A stretch of 64,000 nt of DNA from an uncultured delta proteobacterium (GCA_963735595.1 CAVTLK010000004.1:160001-224000); one strand, 5' to 3'; shown: positions 22,066 through 31,258, counted from the stretch's first letter. A program made the numbers and translations. Notes: a model not told the origin generated them from the sequence alone.

Positions 22066-23328
22066 CTATTTCACGAAGTACCAGTCGGCCACCAGAGTCT
22101 CCTGCTTGGGGACCACAAGCATGATCACGGGGCGCGCGGCGATCTTGCCGGGCATCCCGACCAGCATGACCGATATCGTGCCGCCGTCCAGCGTCACTGC
22201 TTTTGCCGTAAGGCCGTAAAATCCCCTGTTTCCGTCCGCGGCAATCCCGACGACCGATTTCTTTGTGAAATCGACCGCGGGAATCCTGGCGTAATCAATC
22301 CCAAGCTCCTTGGCGATCTTCTTGAGCTCGTCGGCGGTGGCAGCGGTGAACTCCGTATCTACGAGCGCATAATCAATGGTGTCCGTGAAGAGCACCTCGT
22401 GGGCGATGGACGTACCGTAGGTGACCCCCTTTTCGATCATCTTCTGCTTCATGCCCGAAACCAGGATCGAATCGAGGTTGTTATCGACAATCGCCACGTC
22501 ATCGCCGTATCCGCGTCCGGTCGTGCTTTCGAGACCCGCTGGCCCCTCGGCCACGGACGGAGCGGGAACCTTGGAGGCAAGGCCCTTTTCCTCGGCCCGG
22601 CCCGCACCCAGCTTCCAGAAGCCCTCGTCCTTTTTATCGTCCATCGCGTAGTAGTCACCGCCGGCCATCATAACCGTTTCGGTCTCGCCGGAATCGGTGA
22701 CGTACTCCCCCTTATAGGTGAGGTACTGGAATGTCCCCTCGCTTCCCTTGGCGATCTTCGTGAACACGTCAACACCCTCGGTCGAAAGGCCGCTGGCGCC
22801 GATCGTGTTGATGATGATTTCCCGCTTCAGTGCCGTCTTGATCTCATTTTGCCACGTATAGTCATTCTCGTAGATGTTAGGCGGCGCGTCGCCGATAAGG
22901 AAGATCGTCTTTTCGGTAGTGGCGTTCCGATCCCAGTTCATGTTGTTAATCGTGACGTGGAGCGCCTCGTTGACGCTTTCGGGCTCGTCGCCGCCGCCCG
23001 AGGCCTCGATGGCCTTGACTTCCTTTATGACAGCATCGGTATCATCGGTGAGATCGAAGAGCCTGGTGACAAATTCGTCACCGCGGTCGCGGAATATCAC
23101 CAGGCCGAAGCGTACGTCGGGCCTGGGCGTACCCCCCTCGATCTCGGCAATCATATCGACCAGGCTCTTTTTGACGACGGCAATCTCGTCGCCCATGGAG
23201 CCGGTAGTATCTACCAGGAAGACCACGTCCATCCGCGGTGCCTTTTCGGCGGCCCAGAGGGATGTGGCGGCGGGTAATAGTGTTATCAGAAAAAGAAGGA
23301 CGGTAAAGGACATGACAGCTCGTTTCAT
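22066..23328 (-). CDS. Secreted vWA-domain protein with PrcB_C-like C-terminus
   Basis: Signal peptide; DVVFLVDTTGSM (MIDAS), GGGDEPE, LIGDAPP; C-terminal PAVDFTKKSVVGI..MLVVPK. Confidence 0.82.
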   Translation of the reverse strand: MKRAVMSFTVLLFLITLLPAATSLWAAEKAPRMDVVFLVDTTGSMGDEIAVVKKSLVDMIAEIEGGTPRPDVRFGLVIFRDRGDEFVTRLFDLTDDTDAVIKEVKAIEASGGGDEPESVNEALHVTINNMNWDRNATTEKTIFLIGDAPPNIYENDYTWQNEIKTALKREIIINTIGASGLSTEGVDVFTKIAKGSEGTFQYLTYKGEYVTDSGETETVMMAGGDYYAMDDKKDEGFWKLGAGRAEEKGLASKVPAPSVAEGPAGLESTTGRGYGDDVAIVDNNLDSILVSGMKQKMIEKGVTYGTSIAHEVLFTDTIDYALVDTEFTAATADELKKIAKELGIDYARIPAVDFTKKSVVGIAADGNRGFYGLTAKAVTLDGGTISVMLVGMPGKIAARPVIMLVVPKQETLVADWYFVK

Positions 23329-23353
23329 ACGGGTACCTCCGGTTTTTAATCGG

Positions 23354-23423
23354 TATGACACGGTTTGAGCCAAAAGGTTCCCGACGGCGCCGGTGTAGAC
23401 GCAACGTGGCGTATACGGTTACA
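23354..23423 (-). promoter_or_regulatory. Two tandem ECF-sigma-like promoters upstream of the vWA gene
   Basis: Minus strand TGTAAC-N16-CGTCTA and GGAACC-N16-GTCATA. Confidence 0.45.
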
Positions 23424-23455
23424 CCCGCCGCGGGGATAAATCGGGAGGGGTGGGC

Positions 23456-23978
23456 CTACGAGTTGGCCTTCACAAACAACATCCTGAGGTCATACAGTGC
23501 CCCATCGATAAGGCCCTCCTCGTCGGGGGTCAGGTTTCCGGCGGTCTTTTCCTTGAGGAGCGAGATGAGGTCGATAGTCTGGCGGGCCCCCATAAGATCG
23601 GTGATGGTCTTGCCGGATACAGGATCGGGAACCTGCCCGAGGTAGATGAGGGCGGAGGTGGAAAGGGACATGATAAACGAGGTAAACGTCAGGGGCATAT
23701 AGGCCCGCTCCCCGGTTCGCGAAGCGGCCTCGGGCCCGGCATGCGCGTCTTCGGGCGCTTGACCCGCCGTACCTGACGCCGTCGGCTCGCCGGATGTTGG
23801 CCCGGAAGGTTCGGCCTGGGGGTGTTCGCCCGTCTTCAGGATGCTCTTCCGTTACGGCCTCGGGGGGCGCGTAGCCGGAGTCCGGCGCGTCCTCTTTGCC
23901 GATCCTGCGCTTGTCGTGCACGGCAAAACCCTTGTCGTCTTGTTCGGTCTTATCTTTATCTTTGTCCGGTGCGTCCAT
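23456..23978 (-). CDS. DUF1844 domain protein (frameshifted)
   Basis: GFAVHDKRR N-terminus; FTSFIMSLSTSALIYLG..ARQTIDLISLLKEKTAGNLT..LYDLRMLFV. Confidence 0.85.
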
Positions 23979-24067
23979 TGTCTCTCCATTATTGTCGTTT
24001 CTGCGAAACAGGCCTCCAATAAGACGGAGACGCCGGTCTGTCTCCCGCTAAACCGGGGACCGGCGGT

Positions 24068-25003
24068 TCACCAGCCGAGCTCAGCGCGGGGGTTGAAGGG
24101 GTTCTGCCCGTCGAAATCACGCAGGAGCTTTTTGCTCGAATCGGATATCTTCTTTGGGACGGCAATCTTGATTACCGCGTACATATCGCCGCGGCCCGTG
24201 CCCTTGAGACGCGGCGCGCCTTTGCCCCGAAGGCGAAGGCGCTGGCCGCCCTGAGTGCCCTCCGGAATAGTGAGGCGCGTGGGGCCCTCAACGGTAGGAA
24301 TATCGACCTGCGCCCCGAGCGCGGCCTCGGTGATGGTGACGGGAACCTCCACGTAGATATCGTCTTCCTTGCGGGTGAAGTAAGGATGCGGTCGGAGCCT
24401 CGTGACGATGTAGAGGTCACCCGAGGGGCCGCCGGCGATTCCCGGGCCGCCTTTTGCCTTGAGTCGAACGCGGGAACCGTCGTTGACGCCGGCCGGAATC
24501 GTCACGGTCAGGTGCTCGGTACCGGTTTCCGTGCGAAGGGCGATGGTCTTGGTAACCCCCTGAACGGCTTCGATAAAATCGATCTCCATGGTGTAGGAGA
24601 GATCTTCTCCCGCGCGGGGCCTTCGCGTGGTGGAGCGGTGCGCCCCGAACAGCTCGGAGAAGATATCGGAAAAGGAACCGTATTGATCGGTACCGCCGCC
24701 GCCGGAGAAGTCAAATCCGTCAAACGAACCGTCGCCGCTTCTCCATGTCCAGGTCCGCGCCCCGGGCCCGCCCCCGGGAGAGAAGGCAGCGTCTCCGAAC
24801 TGATCGTACATCTTCTTCTTTTCGGGGTCGGTGAGTACTTCGTAGGCCTCGGAAATCTCTTTAAATTTGTCTTCGGCGGAAGGATCGCCGGGATTCATAT
24901 CGGGGTGGTATTTTCGGGCGAGTTTTCGATAAGCCTTCTTAATTTCGTCCAGCGAGGCGCCACGGGAAAGCCCGAGCGCCCCATAGTAGTCCTTTTTTGC
25001 CAT
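24068..25003 (-). CDS. Class B J-domain chaperone (DnaJ/CbpA-like, no zinc finger)
   Basis: J domain with HPD, G/F-rich linker, DIFSELFG, C-terminal GPSGDLYI; no CxxCxGxG repeats. Confidence 0.93.
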   Translation of the reverse strand: MAKKDYYGALGLSRGASLDEIKKAYRKLARKYHPDMNPGDPSAEDKFKEISEAYEVLTDPEKKKMYDQFGDAAFSPGGGPGARTWTWRSGDGSFDGFDFSGGGGTDQYGSFSDIFSELFGAHRSTTRRPRAGEDLSYTMEIDFIEAVQGVTKTIALRTETGTEHLTVTIPAGVNDGSRVRLKAKGGPGIAGGPSGDLYIVTRLRPHPYFTRKEDDIYVEVPVTITEAALGAQVDIPTVEGPTRLTIPEGTQGGQRLRLRGKGAPRLKGTGRGDMYAVIKIAVPKKISDSSKKLLRDFDGQNPFNPRAELGW

Positions 25004-25049
25004 CTAATAAATTGTAATACCGGTAATCCGTTAGGGTGCGCGAAAATGG

Positions 25050-25499
25050 TTACGTTTCTTTGATCTCGATCTGTTTGGGACGCGCGTCCCGTATCTTCGG
25101 AATCATAATCTCCAGGAGGCCGTCCTTGAACGTTGCGGTCACCTTTGAGTGGTCGACAGTCTGGGGCAGTGCAAACGTTCGGGAGAAGGCGCCGTATGAC
25201 CGCTCGATTCGGTGATAATTCTCTTCTTTGATGTCTTTCTCGAACTTGCGCTCACCCCTGAGGACCAGGGTCGAGTCCTTAACCTCGATCGTCACGTCGC
25301 CCTTGTTCAATCCAGCAAGCTCCGCCTTCAGGACGACGGCCTCGTCGGTCTCATAGATATCGACGGGTGGAGACCAGAACCCGGGAGCCAGGGATTCCTC
25401 ATAGCCGCGATTCCTGGTCATGCTGTCCTGGAAGAGCCGGTCCATTCTATCCTGCAGCGTGAGAAGATCGCGGAAGGGATCCCATCTGATCAGAGCCAT
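25050..25499 (-). CDS. Hsp20/alpha-crystallin small heat shock protein
   Basis: RWDPFRDL, WSPPVDIYET, IERSYGAFSRTF, ATFKDGLL, IEI tail; SD GGAGG. Confidence 0.95.
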   Translation of the reverse strand: MALIRWDPFRDLLTLQDRMDRLFQDSMTRNRGYEESLAPGFWSPPVDIYETDEAVVLKAELAGLNKGDVTIEVKDSTLVLRGERKFEKDIKEENYHRIERSYGAFSRTFALPQTVDHSKVTATFKDGLLEIMIPKIRDARPKQIEIKET

Positions 25500-25683
25500 C
25501 CAGAACACCTCCTTCAATGAATAAGGATATATTTAAGAATTATACCATCCTTTCAAGAATAATGTAAGTAAATTTAGAGGTAAAGTCAAGGAGGCGCCGG
25601 TTGGTTTTTTCTTGACATAATGAGAGGCACACGGTTTAATAGGCGTGTTTTTCAGAACGGTAAAAAAAGGATTTGAGGATACC

Positions 25684-26112
25684 ATGAAAAGATATCTGAT
25701 TGGGTTTGTCGTGATACTGGCGGTTGTGGCGGTTTCGGGATGCGGCTATCGAACTCCCGAAGCCTGCCAGGAAGCTATATTCAAAGCGATCTCCAACGAT
25801 GACGCCGAGGCGTTTTTCAAGTGCGTGCTCACCCCTCCGGAAGATGAAAAGGAACGGGAAGCGGTCTTTTCCTGGGCCCGGGAGGGCTACACTCCTTACC
25901 TGGACGGGGAGATCATGAGCAGGAATGAAATCGAGGATGTCATAATCCTCAACGTTGCCCCTTCGGCGGACTATCTGAGCATCTACGGTTCGGCACTGGC
26001 TCCGGAGCCGCTGGGTCTGGCCTTTGTCAAGGAGAAGGGGTATAAGCTCGACCTGGAGTATACGGAAAAGATAAAAGAGCTTCAGGACCTGTACAAGGGT
26101 TTGATGCGCTGA
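25684..26112 (+). CDS. Hypothetical lipoprotein
   Basis: MKRYLIGFVVILAVVAVSGC lipobox; promoter TTGACA-N17-TTTAAT at 25612. Confidence 0.75.
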   Translation: MKRYLIGFVVILAVVAVSGCGYRTPEACQEAIFKAISNDDAEAFFKCVLTPPEDEKEREAVFSWAREGYTPYLDGEIMSRNEIEDVIILNVAPSADYLSIYGSALAPEPLGLAFVKEKGYKLDLEYTEKIKELQDLYKGLMR

Positions 26113-26281
26113 TATAACGGAGCGCAAAGCTGCCGGTATTGGTTCGCAATACGGTGCGTGTGCCGGATGGATACGGCGTATGCGGGCAGGTGAGAGTACG
26201 AAAACCGGGAAGTAGGGGCGCGGCCTCCCGAGAATGAAAAGACCCGATCACGATGATCGGGTCTTTTTTTTCGGTGTTATT

Positions 26282-26503
26282 TCAGCCGGTCAGGGCGTAG
26301 CCGATGACCGCAAAGATCCCGACAAGGGACGTGAAGAGTATAAGGATGATGAACCTGATCCTCCGTATCTTTGCCTCAACGTCTTTGCCGCGAATGGATT
26401 GCAGAGAGAACCAGGCGAAGATGAAGAAGGATATTCCGATGGATAACCCGACGGGGATCAGCGCCAGAACGGCCGTTTTCAGAAGGAAAGTATGATCTAC
26501 TAC
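26282..26503 (-). CDS. Small 2-TM membrane protein absent from the ORF track (start codon unclear)
   Basis: Open frame DHTFLLKTAVLALIPVGLSIGISFFIFAWFSLQSIRGKDVEAKIRRIRFIILILFTSLVGIFAVIGYALTG*. Confidence 0.5.
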   Translation of the reverse strand, partial: VVDHTFLLKTAVLALIPVGLSIGISFFIFAWFSLQSIRGKDVEAKIRRIRFIILILFTSLVGIFAVIGYALTG

Positions 26504-26556
26504 CTGTAACCGCCGATCGAGCGTGCCCGGTACGGACGGTGGGGCGCTGCGGCTCC

Positions 26557-27426
26557 CTAAGGTTCCAGGTTGAGGGCGCGCAACACCCGCTCGTTGAACA
26601 GCTCGGGCTTTTCCACAACGGGGTTGTGTAAGCTCTCGGGGATCGAGATGACCGTCAGGTTCCTGAAATACGTATGGACCAATTTACCAAACTCTCCGAT
26701 CGGCCCGAACGACTTCCCCCCCTCTACGTAAAATACCGGAATATCCGTCCGATACGTCTTCCGGTAGGCCGCGAATCTCCCTTTCGAGAAGCGGTGTATG
26801 GCTGACAGAAAGTCCAGGGCGCTCTCAACCCGCGTGCGCTCAAACCCCTCCCACGTGTAGAGCCAGCCGTTGTTGCCGTTTGACTGCTGGAGCGGCAGGA
26901 ACGAATTGAGGAAATCGAACCCGGTGGCGGTCTTGAAGACCGTTCGATAGAGGAACGCATTGAATTTCGGGATCAATAATGGGTAGAGGTATTTCGGAAA
27001 ATATGCGTGTACCTCGATGAGAATGAGCCGTTCGATCAACTCGGGATACCGCTGCACGACCTCCATCGCAATGTTTCCGCCCAGGCAGTTGCCGACCAGC
27101 GTAATCTTTCCGAGATTTAGTTTTTCGATATATTTTCTGCCCAGCTCGATAAAGTCCTCGAAGGAGAAATGGGGCAGCACGGTGCTGCCGCCGTACCCCG
27201 GCCACGCAGGGCGGTATACGGTAAAATGGCGGGCAAAGGCCTCGTGACACATCCCGAACGTATCTTCATTACCGATCCAGCCGTGGTAGAAGACAAGGGG
27301 GGGGCCGGAGCCGCTCACCTTTGTGGAGATCGTAAGGCCGTCGATTTCGGTGGTAATGATTGATTCGGTTATTCGCTTTTTTGGGGGAGGTGGCGTCGTC
27401 GTCTTGGCTTTTAGTTGGGATTCCAT
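26557..27426 (-). CDS. Alpha/beta-fold hydrolase with Cys at the nucleophile elbow
   Basis: GSGPPLVFYHGW, WPGYGGS, LVGNCLGG, LHNPVVEKPELF. Confidence 0.88.
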   Translation of the reverse strand: MESQLKAKTTTPPPPKKRITESIITTEIDGLTISTKVSGSGPPLVFYHGWIGNEDTFGMCHEAFARHFTVYRPAWPGYGGSTVLPHFSFEDFIELGRKYIEKLNLGKITLVGNCLGGNIAMEVVQRYPELIERLILIEVHAYFPKYLYPLLIPKFNAFLYRTVFKTATGFDFLNSFLPLQQSNGNNGWLYTWEGFERTRVESALDFLSAIHRFSKGRFAAYRKTYRTDIPVFYVEGGKSFGPIGEFGKLVHTYFRNLTVISIPESLHNPVVEKPELFNERVLRALNLEP

Positions 27427-27828
27427 TGTTAACTCCAACCGGTACGTCAAAAGGATTTATACTCTTTTTTACCAGATAACGGGATTTATGTCAATCCAAT
27501 AAATACCGCAACGGGGAAACGAATCGTCACGGCGCCGCCGGTTCGCGCGGGCCGAGATTCGCAATTCCGGTGGCCGGCCGATGCAGGGCCGCTGAGGAGT
27601 TTCCCTGCGTATCGAACCAATCCCACAGAATCGGTACACGGAAACGAGCCGATAGCGCCCCTTTATGAGGTCCGGGGTTGTGCAGACGGCGCCCGTAGCG
27701 GGAGAAGCACGAAAAAAGGGCGTATTTTACTGCCCGATGGGGATAAAAACGACGAAAATGCTTGATATCAATCCATTCATCTGATATAAATCCAAAGGTT
27801 ACAATACTTGAGAAATGAGGTGATACCG

Positions 27829-27927
27829 TTGGGCAGCGTAATCAAGAAACGCAGAAAGAAGATGCGAAAGCACAAGTATAAAAAACTTCGCGCCAAGATG
27901 CGCCATAGACGTAGACGCGGCAGATAA
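27829..27927 (+). CDS. bS22 / AURKAIP1-COX24 family small ribosomal protein, 32 aa
   Basis: TTG start after SD GAGGTG; MGSVIKKRRKKMRKHKYKKLRAKMRHRRRRGR*. Confidence 0.9.
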   Translation: MGSVIKKRRKKMRKHKYKKLRAKMRHRRRRGR

Positions 27928-28158
27928 CAACACCGAGGCGGTCTTTTTCCTGAGCTTTATGAAACGAGGGGCTTTTCATGGGCGTAACCGCACCCAAAGC
28001 CCCCCGTTTTATTTTTCGCTCCTGATGATCGGCGGTATCCTGTTTGAGCCTTGGGCGCGGGCCGGCCATAGCGGCCGGGAGGTATTCCAAGAGCGGGTCA
28101 GCGCCGATACGACCCTTTGTATTACGTTCGGGGATCGTGAGAGGGCGGTGAGCCGTCC

Positions 28159-28396
28159 GTGGACGATCGGTTAGAGACGGACCGTGCCGGTGGAAGTACC
28201 AGGCGCACTATTCTCATCACGGGATCGCCCGGGGGTGGGCAAGACCGCGCTGATTGCTTCCATCGTCGATGGACTCCCGGGTACAAAGACCGGGTTCTCG
28301 CCGGGTCTCGAGATGGCACGGGCCGACGAAAGCCGGCAGGCGCTTCGATCGGCCGGACGTGAGGTCCAGACGGCCCGGCGAAAATCGACGGTATAG
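28159..28396 (+). pseudogene. Truncated P-loop NTPase fragment (THEP1/NTPase_1-like N-terminus)
   Basis: With one indel reads ILITGSPGVGKTALI..GF, then ends after about 80 codons just before engB. Confidence 0.45.
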
Positions 28397-28402
28397 ACCG
28401 TT

Positions 28403-28987
28403 ATGAAGATAATCAAGGCCGAATTCATCAAGAGCGCCGGCGCCTCCGTCGATTTACCAAAAAGTCCACTGCCCCAGGTTGCGTTTGCGGGCCGCTCCAA
28501 TGTCGGGAAATCCTCCCTGATAAATTGCCTCGTCGAGAGAAAAGACCTCGCCAAGACCTCCTCGGTTCCCGGCAAGACCCGGCTTATAAATTTCTTTTCG
28601 GTCAACGATACCGTCATTCTCGTCGATCTGCCCGGTTACGGGTACGCCCGGGTCTCGAAAGAAATGCGGCAGACGTGGCGGCCGATGGTCGAGGAATACT
28701 TCCTGACCTCGCGGACAATTAAGGCCGCGGTCATTATCATCGATATCAGGCGCGGCCCCGAGCAGGAAGAGGTCGACCTAGCCGGGTGGTTGGCAGGCCG
28801 CGAGATACGGACCCTCTTTGTGGCGACTAAGGCGGATAAGGAGAAAAGGAGCGTGTTGGGCTCCCGTGTGAGGGACAGCGCGCGCTTGCTGGGCGTTTCA
28901 CCCGACGAGTTCGTACTCTTTTCCGCAAAGACGCGGGTGGGCAGGGATCTCCTCTGGTCGCGTATCCGTGAGGCGTGTAATGCCTGA
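28403..28987 (+). CDS. engB: Ribosome biogenesis GTPase YihA/YsxC
   Basis: FAGRSNVGKSSLIN, SSVPGKTR, VDLPGYGYA, ATKADK, FSA. Confidence 0.97.
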   Translation: MKIIKAEFIKSAGASVDLPKSPLPQVAFAGRSNVGKSSLINCLVERKDLAKTSSVPGKTRLINFFSVNDTVILVDLPGYGYARVSKEMRQTWRPMVEEYFLTSRTIKAAVIIIDIRRGPEQEEVDLAGWLAGREIRTLFVATKADKEKRSVLGSRVRDSARLLGVSPDEFVLFSAKTRVGRDLLWSRIREACNA

Positions 28988-29834
28988 ATCGATCGCCTTT
29001 AAGAGCCCGGCCAAGGTCAACTATTACCTCCGGGTGACGGGTAGGCGTCCGGACGGGTATCACGATCTGCTCAACGTCATGTGCCGGGTGAGCCTCTTTG
29101 ACGAGATCACCATGACCGTGGGGGGTGATAAGATCGCGGTAGTGACCGATACTCCCCAGGCCCCGTCGGGTCCCGACAACACCGTATATCGGGCGGTCGC
29201 GTTGCTCCTGGGGACGGCGGGCCGGCAGACCGGGGTTGATATCAGGATACGCAAGCGTATTCCGGTCCAGTCCGGTCTTGGGGGGGCCAGCTCCAACGCC
29301 GCGGCGGTAATGACGCGGCTCAATGAGCTTCTGGGGCTTGGTTTCACCGCACGGGAGCTTATTGATTTGGGGATCCAGATCGGGTCGGATGTCCCGTTTT
29401 TCCTCTTCGGGTCTCCCGCGGTGGCCACCGGAAAGGGTGAAATACTTCAACGGGCAAGCGGGATTGCCGACGCGTGGCTGGTAATCGTGAAGCCGGAAGG
29501 GGGAATTTCGACCAGAGAGGCGTATGAAAAGATTGATTTGGTATTGACAGAAGAAAAAAAACATATTATCATGCCGAAGTTTATTGATACGCTTGATAGT
29601 CTCGTCGGTTGTATGCGAAACGACTTTGAACCGGTAGCAGAAACACTGCTGGGTGATATAGCAGACATAAAGGGTGAACTGATACGGCTCGGTGCGCTCG
29701 GGGCAATGCTCTCGGGAAGCGGCTCGGCGGTCTTCGGCGTCTTTGCCGATGAGTCGAGCGCCCGGCGTGCGCACGGACAGTTATCGGCTCACCGGGTGTG
29801 GAGCGCCTACGTAGCAAAAAATCTCTTCGAATAA
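28980..29834 (+). CDS. ispE: 4-diphosphocytidyl-2-C-methyl-D-erythritol kinase
   Basis: PAKVN, DGYHDL, KRIPVQSGLGGASSNAA, GSDVPFF, NDFE, LSGSGS. Confidence 0.97.
   Translation: MPESIAFKSPAKVNYYLRVTGRRPDGYHDLLNVMCRVSLFDEITMTVGGDKIAVVTDTPQAPSGPDNTVYRAVALLLGTAGRQTGVDIRIRKRIPVQSGLGGASSNAAAVMTRLNELLGLGFTARELIDLGIQIGSDVPFFLFGSPAVATGKGEILQRASGIADAWLVIVKPEGGISTREAYEKIDLVLTEEKKHIIMPKFIDTLDSLVGCMRNDFEPVAETLLGDIADIKGELIRLGALGAMLSGSGSAVFGVFADESSARRAHGQLSAHRVWSAYVAKNLFE
29544..29572 (+). promoter_or_regulatory. Internal sigma70 promoter within ispE
   Basis: TTGACA-N17-TATCAT in a locally AT-rich patch of the CDS. Confidence 0.6.
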
Positions 29835-29857
29835 ATATATATACTATGGAGGCATCG

Positions 29858-30154
29858 ATGGATATTACCGAGGTCAGGGTTTTCCCGGTGAACGAGGAGA
29901 GACTGAAGGCATATGCTACGATTACATTTGACGACTGCTTTATCATTCGGGATCTAAAAATCATTGACGGCAACAACGGGCTTTTTGTTGCGATGCCCAG
30001 TAAAAAACGGAAGGACGGGACGTTTCGGGACACGGCGCACCCCTTGAACAACGAGACGCGCGAGCGGATTGAGGACGTGGTGCTCAGAGAATACGAAAAG
30101 GAGCTATCACGGATCGCCGAAGGTGGAAGGCCTCTGGCGATGGACGAGCATTAA
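29858..30154 (+). CDS. spoVG: SpoVG family nucleic-acid-binding regulator
   Basis: MDITEVRVF, LKAYATITFDDCF, GLFVAMPSKKRKDGTFRDTAHP; SD GGAGG. Confidence 0.96.
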   Translation: MDITEVRVFPVNEERLKAYATITFDDCFIIRDLKIIDGNNGLFVAMPSKKRKDGTFRDTAHPLNNETRERIEDVVLREYEKELSRIAEGGRPLAMDEH

Positions 30155-30222
30155 CAGGCGATCGTACATAGGGTGGCGGCCAACGCACGGAAAGCCGATA
30201 GTAAAGGATATAGAACATTTAG

Positions 30223-30297
30223 TGGGGTGTCGACAAGCGGTAAGTCACGGGACTTTGGATCCCGCATTCGGAGGTTCGAATCCTCCCACCCCAGCCA
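30223..30297 (+). tRNA. tRNA-Gln(UUG)
   Basis: Acceptor stem TGGGGTG/CACCCCA, anticodon loop CT-TTG-GA, T-loop GGTTCGAATCC, encoded CCA; usual ispE-prs position. Confidence 0.97.
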
Positions 30298-30319
30298 TAA
30301 CGGAGACATGAGTCGTTAA

Positions 30320-31258
30320 GTGGATAGAATCAAGGTTTTTGCCGGGTCCTCCAACATAGAGATGTCCCGGGAAATTTGCGATTTCTTACACATCCCGCTC
30401 GGAAAGGCGAAGATCTCGCTCTTTTCCGACAGCGAGATATCCGTGGAAATCCATGAGAGCGTGCGGGGCATGCGGGTCTTTGTTATCCAGTCCACGTGCC
30501 CCCCGGTGAACAATAACCTCATGGAGCTCCTGGTGATGATCGATGCCCTCAAGCGGGCGTCGGCTGAGGAGATCACCGCGGTTATCCCGTACTATGGGTA
30601 TGGGCGGCAGGACCGCAAGGTCTTCCCCCGGGCGCCGATATCGGCAAAGCTCGTGGCGGACCTGCTGGAGAAGGCGGGCGCCCACCGCGTTATTTCGATG
30701 GAGCTGCACGCCGGGCAGATACAGGGCTTTTTTAATATACCGGTGGATCACCTCTACTCGTCGCCGGTGATGATCGATTACCTCAGAAAGAAATTCGGCC
30801 GGGACGCGGTTATCGTCTCGCCCGACGCCGGCGGGGTGGAGCGGGCGCGAGCGTACGCGCAGCGGCTCGAGATGGTGCTCGCGATTATAGACAAGCGGCG
30901 TTCAAGTCCGAACGTCGCCCAGGTAATGAACATAATTGGAGACGTTGAGGGGAAAAATACCGTAATCCTGGACGATATGGTGGATACTGCCGGCACGCTG
31001 GTCAAGGCGGCCGACGCGCTGATGGAAAACGGGGCAAGAACGGTGTACGCGGCGGCCACCCACGCGGTTCTGTCAGGACCGGCGGTTGAGCGCATAATGA
31101 ACTCTTCGATTAAGGAGCTGGTGGTCACAAATACAATCCCCCTGTCGGACGAAGCGAAAAAGTCAGGTAGGGTGACGGTACTTTCGGTCTCGCACCTGTT
31201 GGGGGAAGCGATCAAGCGCGTGTATAAACGGGGTTCGGTAAGCGAACTATTTATCTAA
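30320..31258 (+). CDS. prs: Ribose-phosphate pyrophosphokinase
   Basis: VIPYYGYGRQDRK, LHAGQIQGFF, VSPDAGGVERAR, LDDMVDTAGT. Confidence 0.98.
   Translation: MDRIKVFAGSSNIEMSREICDFLHIPLGKAKISLFSDSEISVEIHESVRGMRVFVIQSTCPPVNNNLMELLVMIDALKRASAEEITAVIPYYGYGRQDRKVFPRAPISAKLVADLLEKAGAHRVISMELHAGQIQGFFNIPVDHLYSSPVMIDYLRKKFGRDAVIVSPDAGGVERARAYAQRLEMVLAIIDKRRSSPNVAQVMNIIGDVEGKNTVILDDMVDTAGTLVKAADALMENGARTVYAAATHAVLSGPAVERIMNSSIKELVVTNTIPLSDEAKKSGRVTVLSVSHLLGEAIKRVYKRGSVSELFI

Noticed and set aside
25500..25640. CIRCE/HAIR heat-shock operator upstream of hsp20
   Set aside because: No TTAGCACTC-N9-GAGTGCTAA or CTTGAGT-N7-ACTCAAG; the GTCAAG..CTTGAC symmetry is explained by back-to-back -35 boxes.
27430..27820. 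Possible riboswitch or ncRNA in the 400-bp spacer before bS22
   Set aside because: Only scattered GC stems; I recognised no Rfam-type motif by eye. A cmscan run would be needed.
29858..30154. spoVG as evidence of sporulation or transfer from Firmicutes
   Set aside because: SpoVG at the ispE-prs locus is common in non-sporulating deltaproteobacteria.
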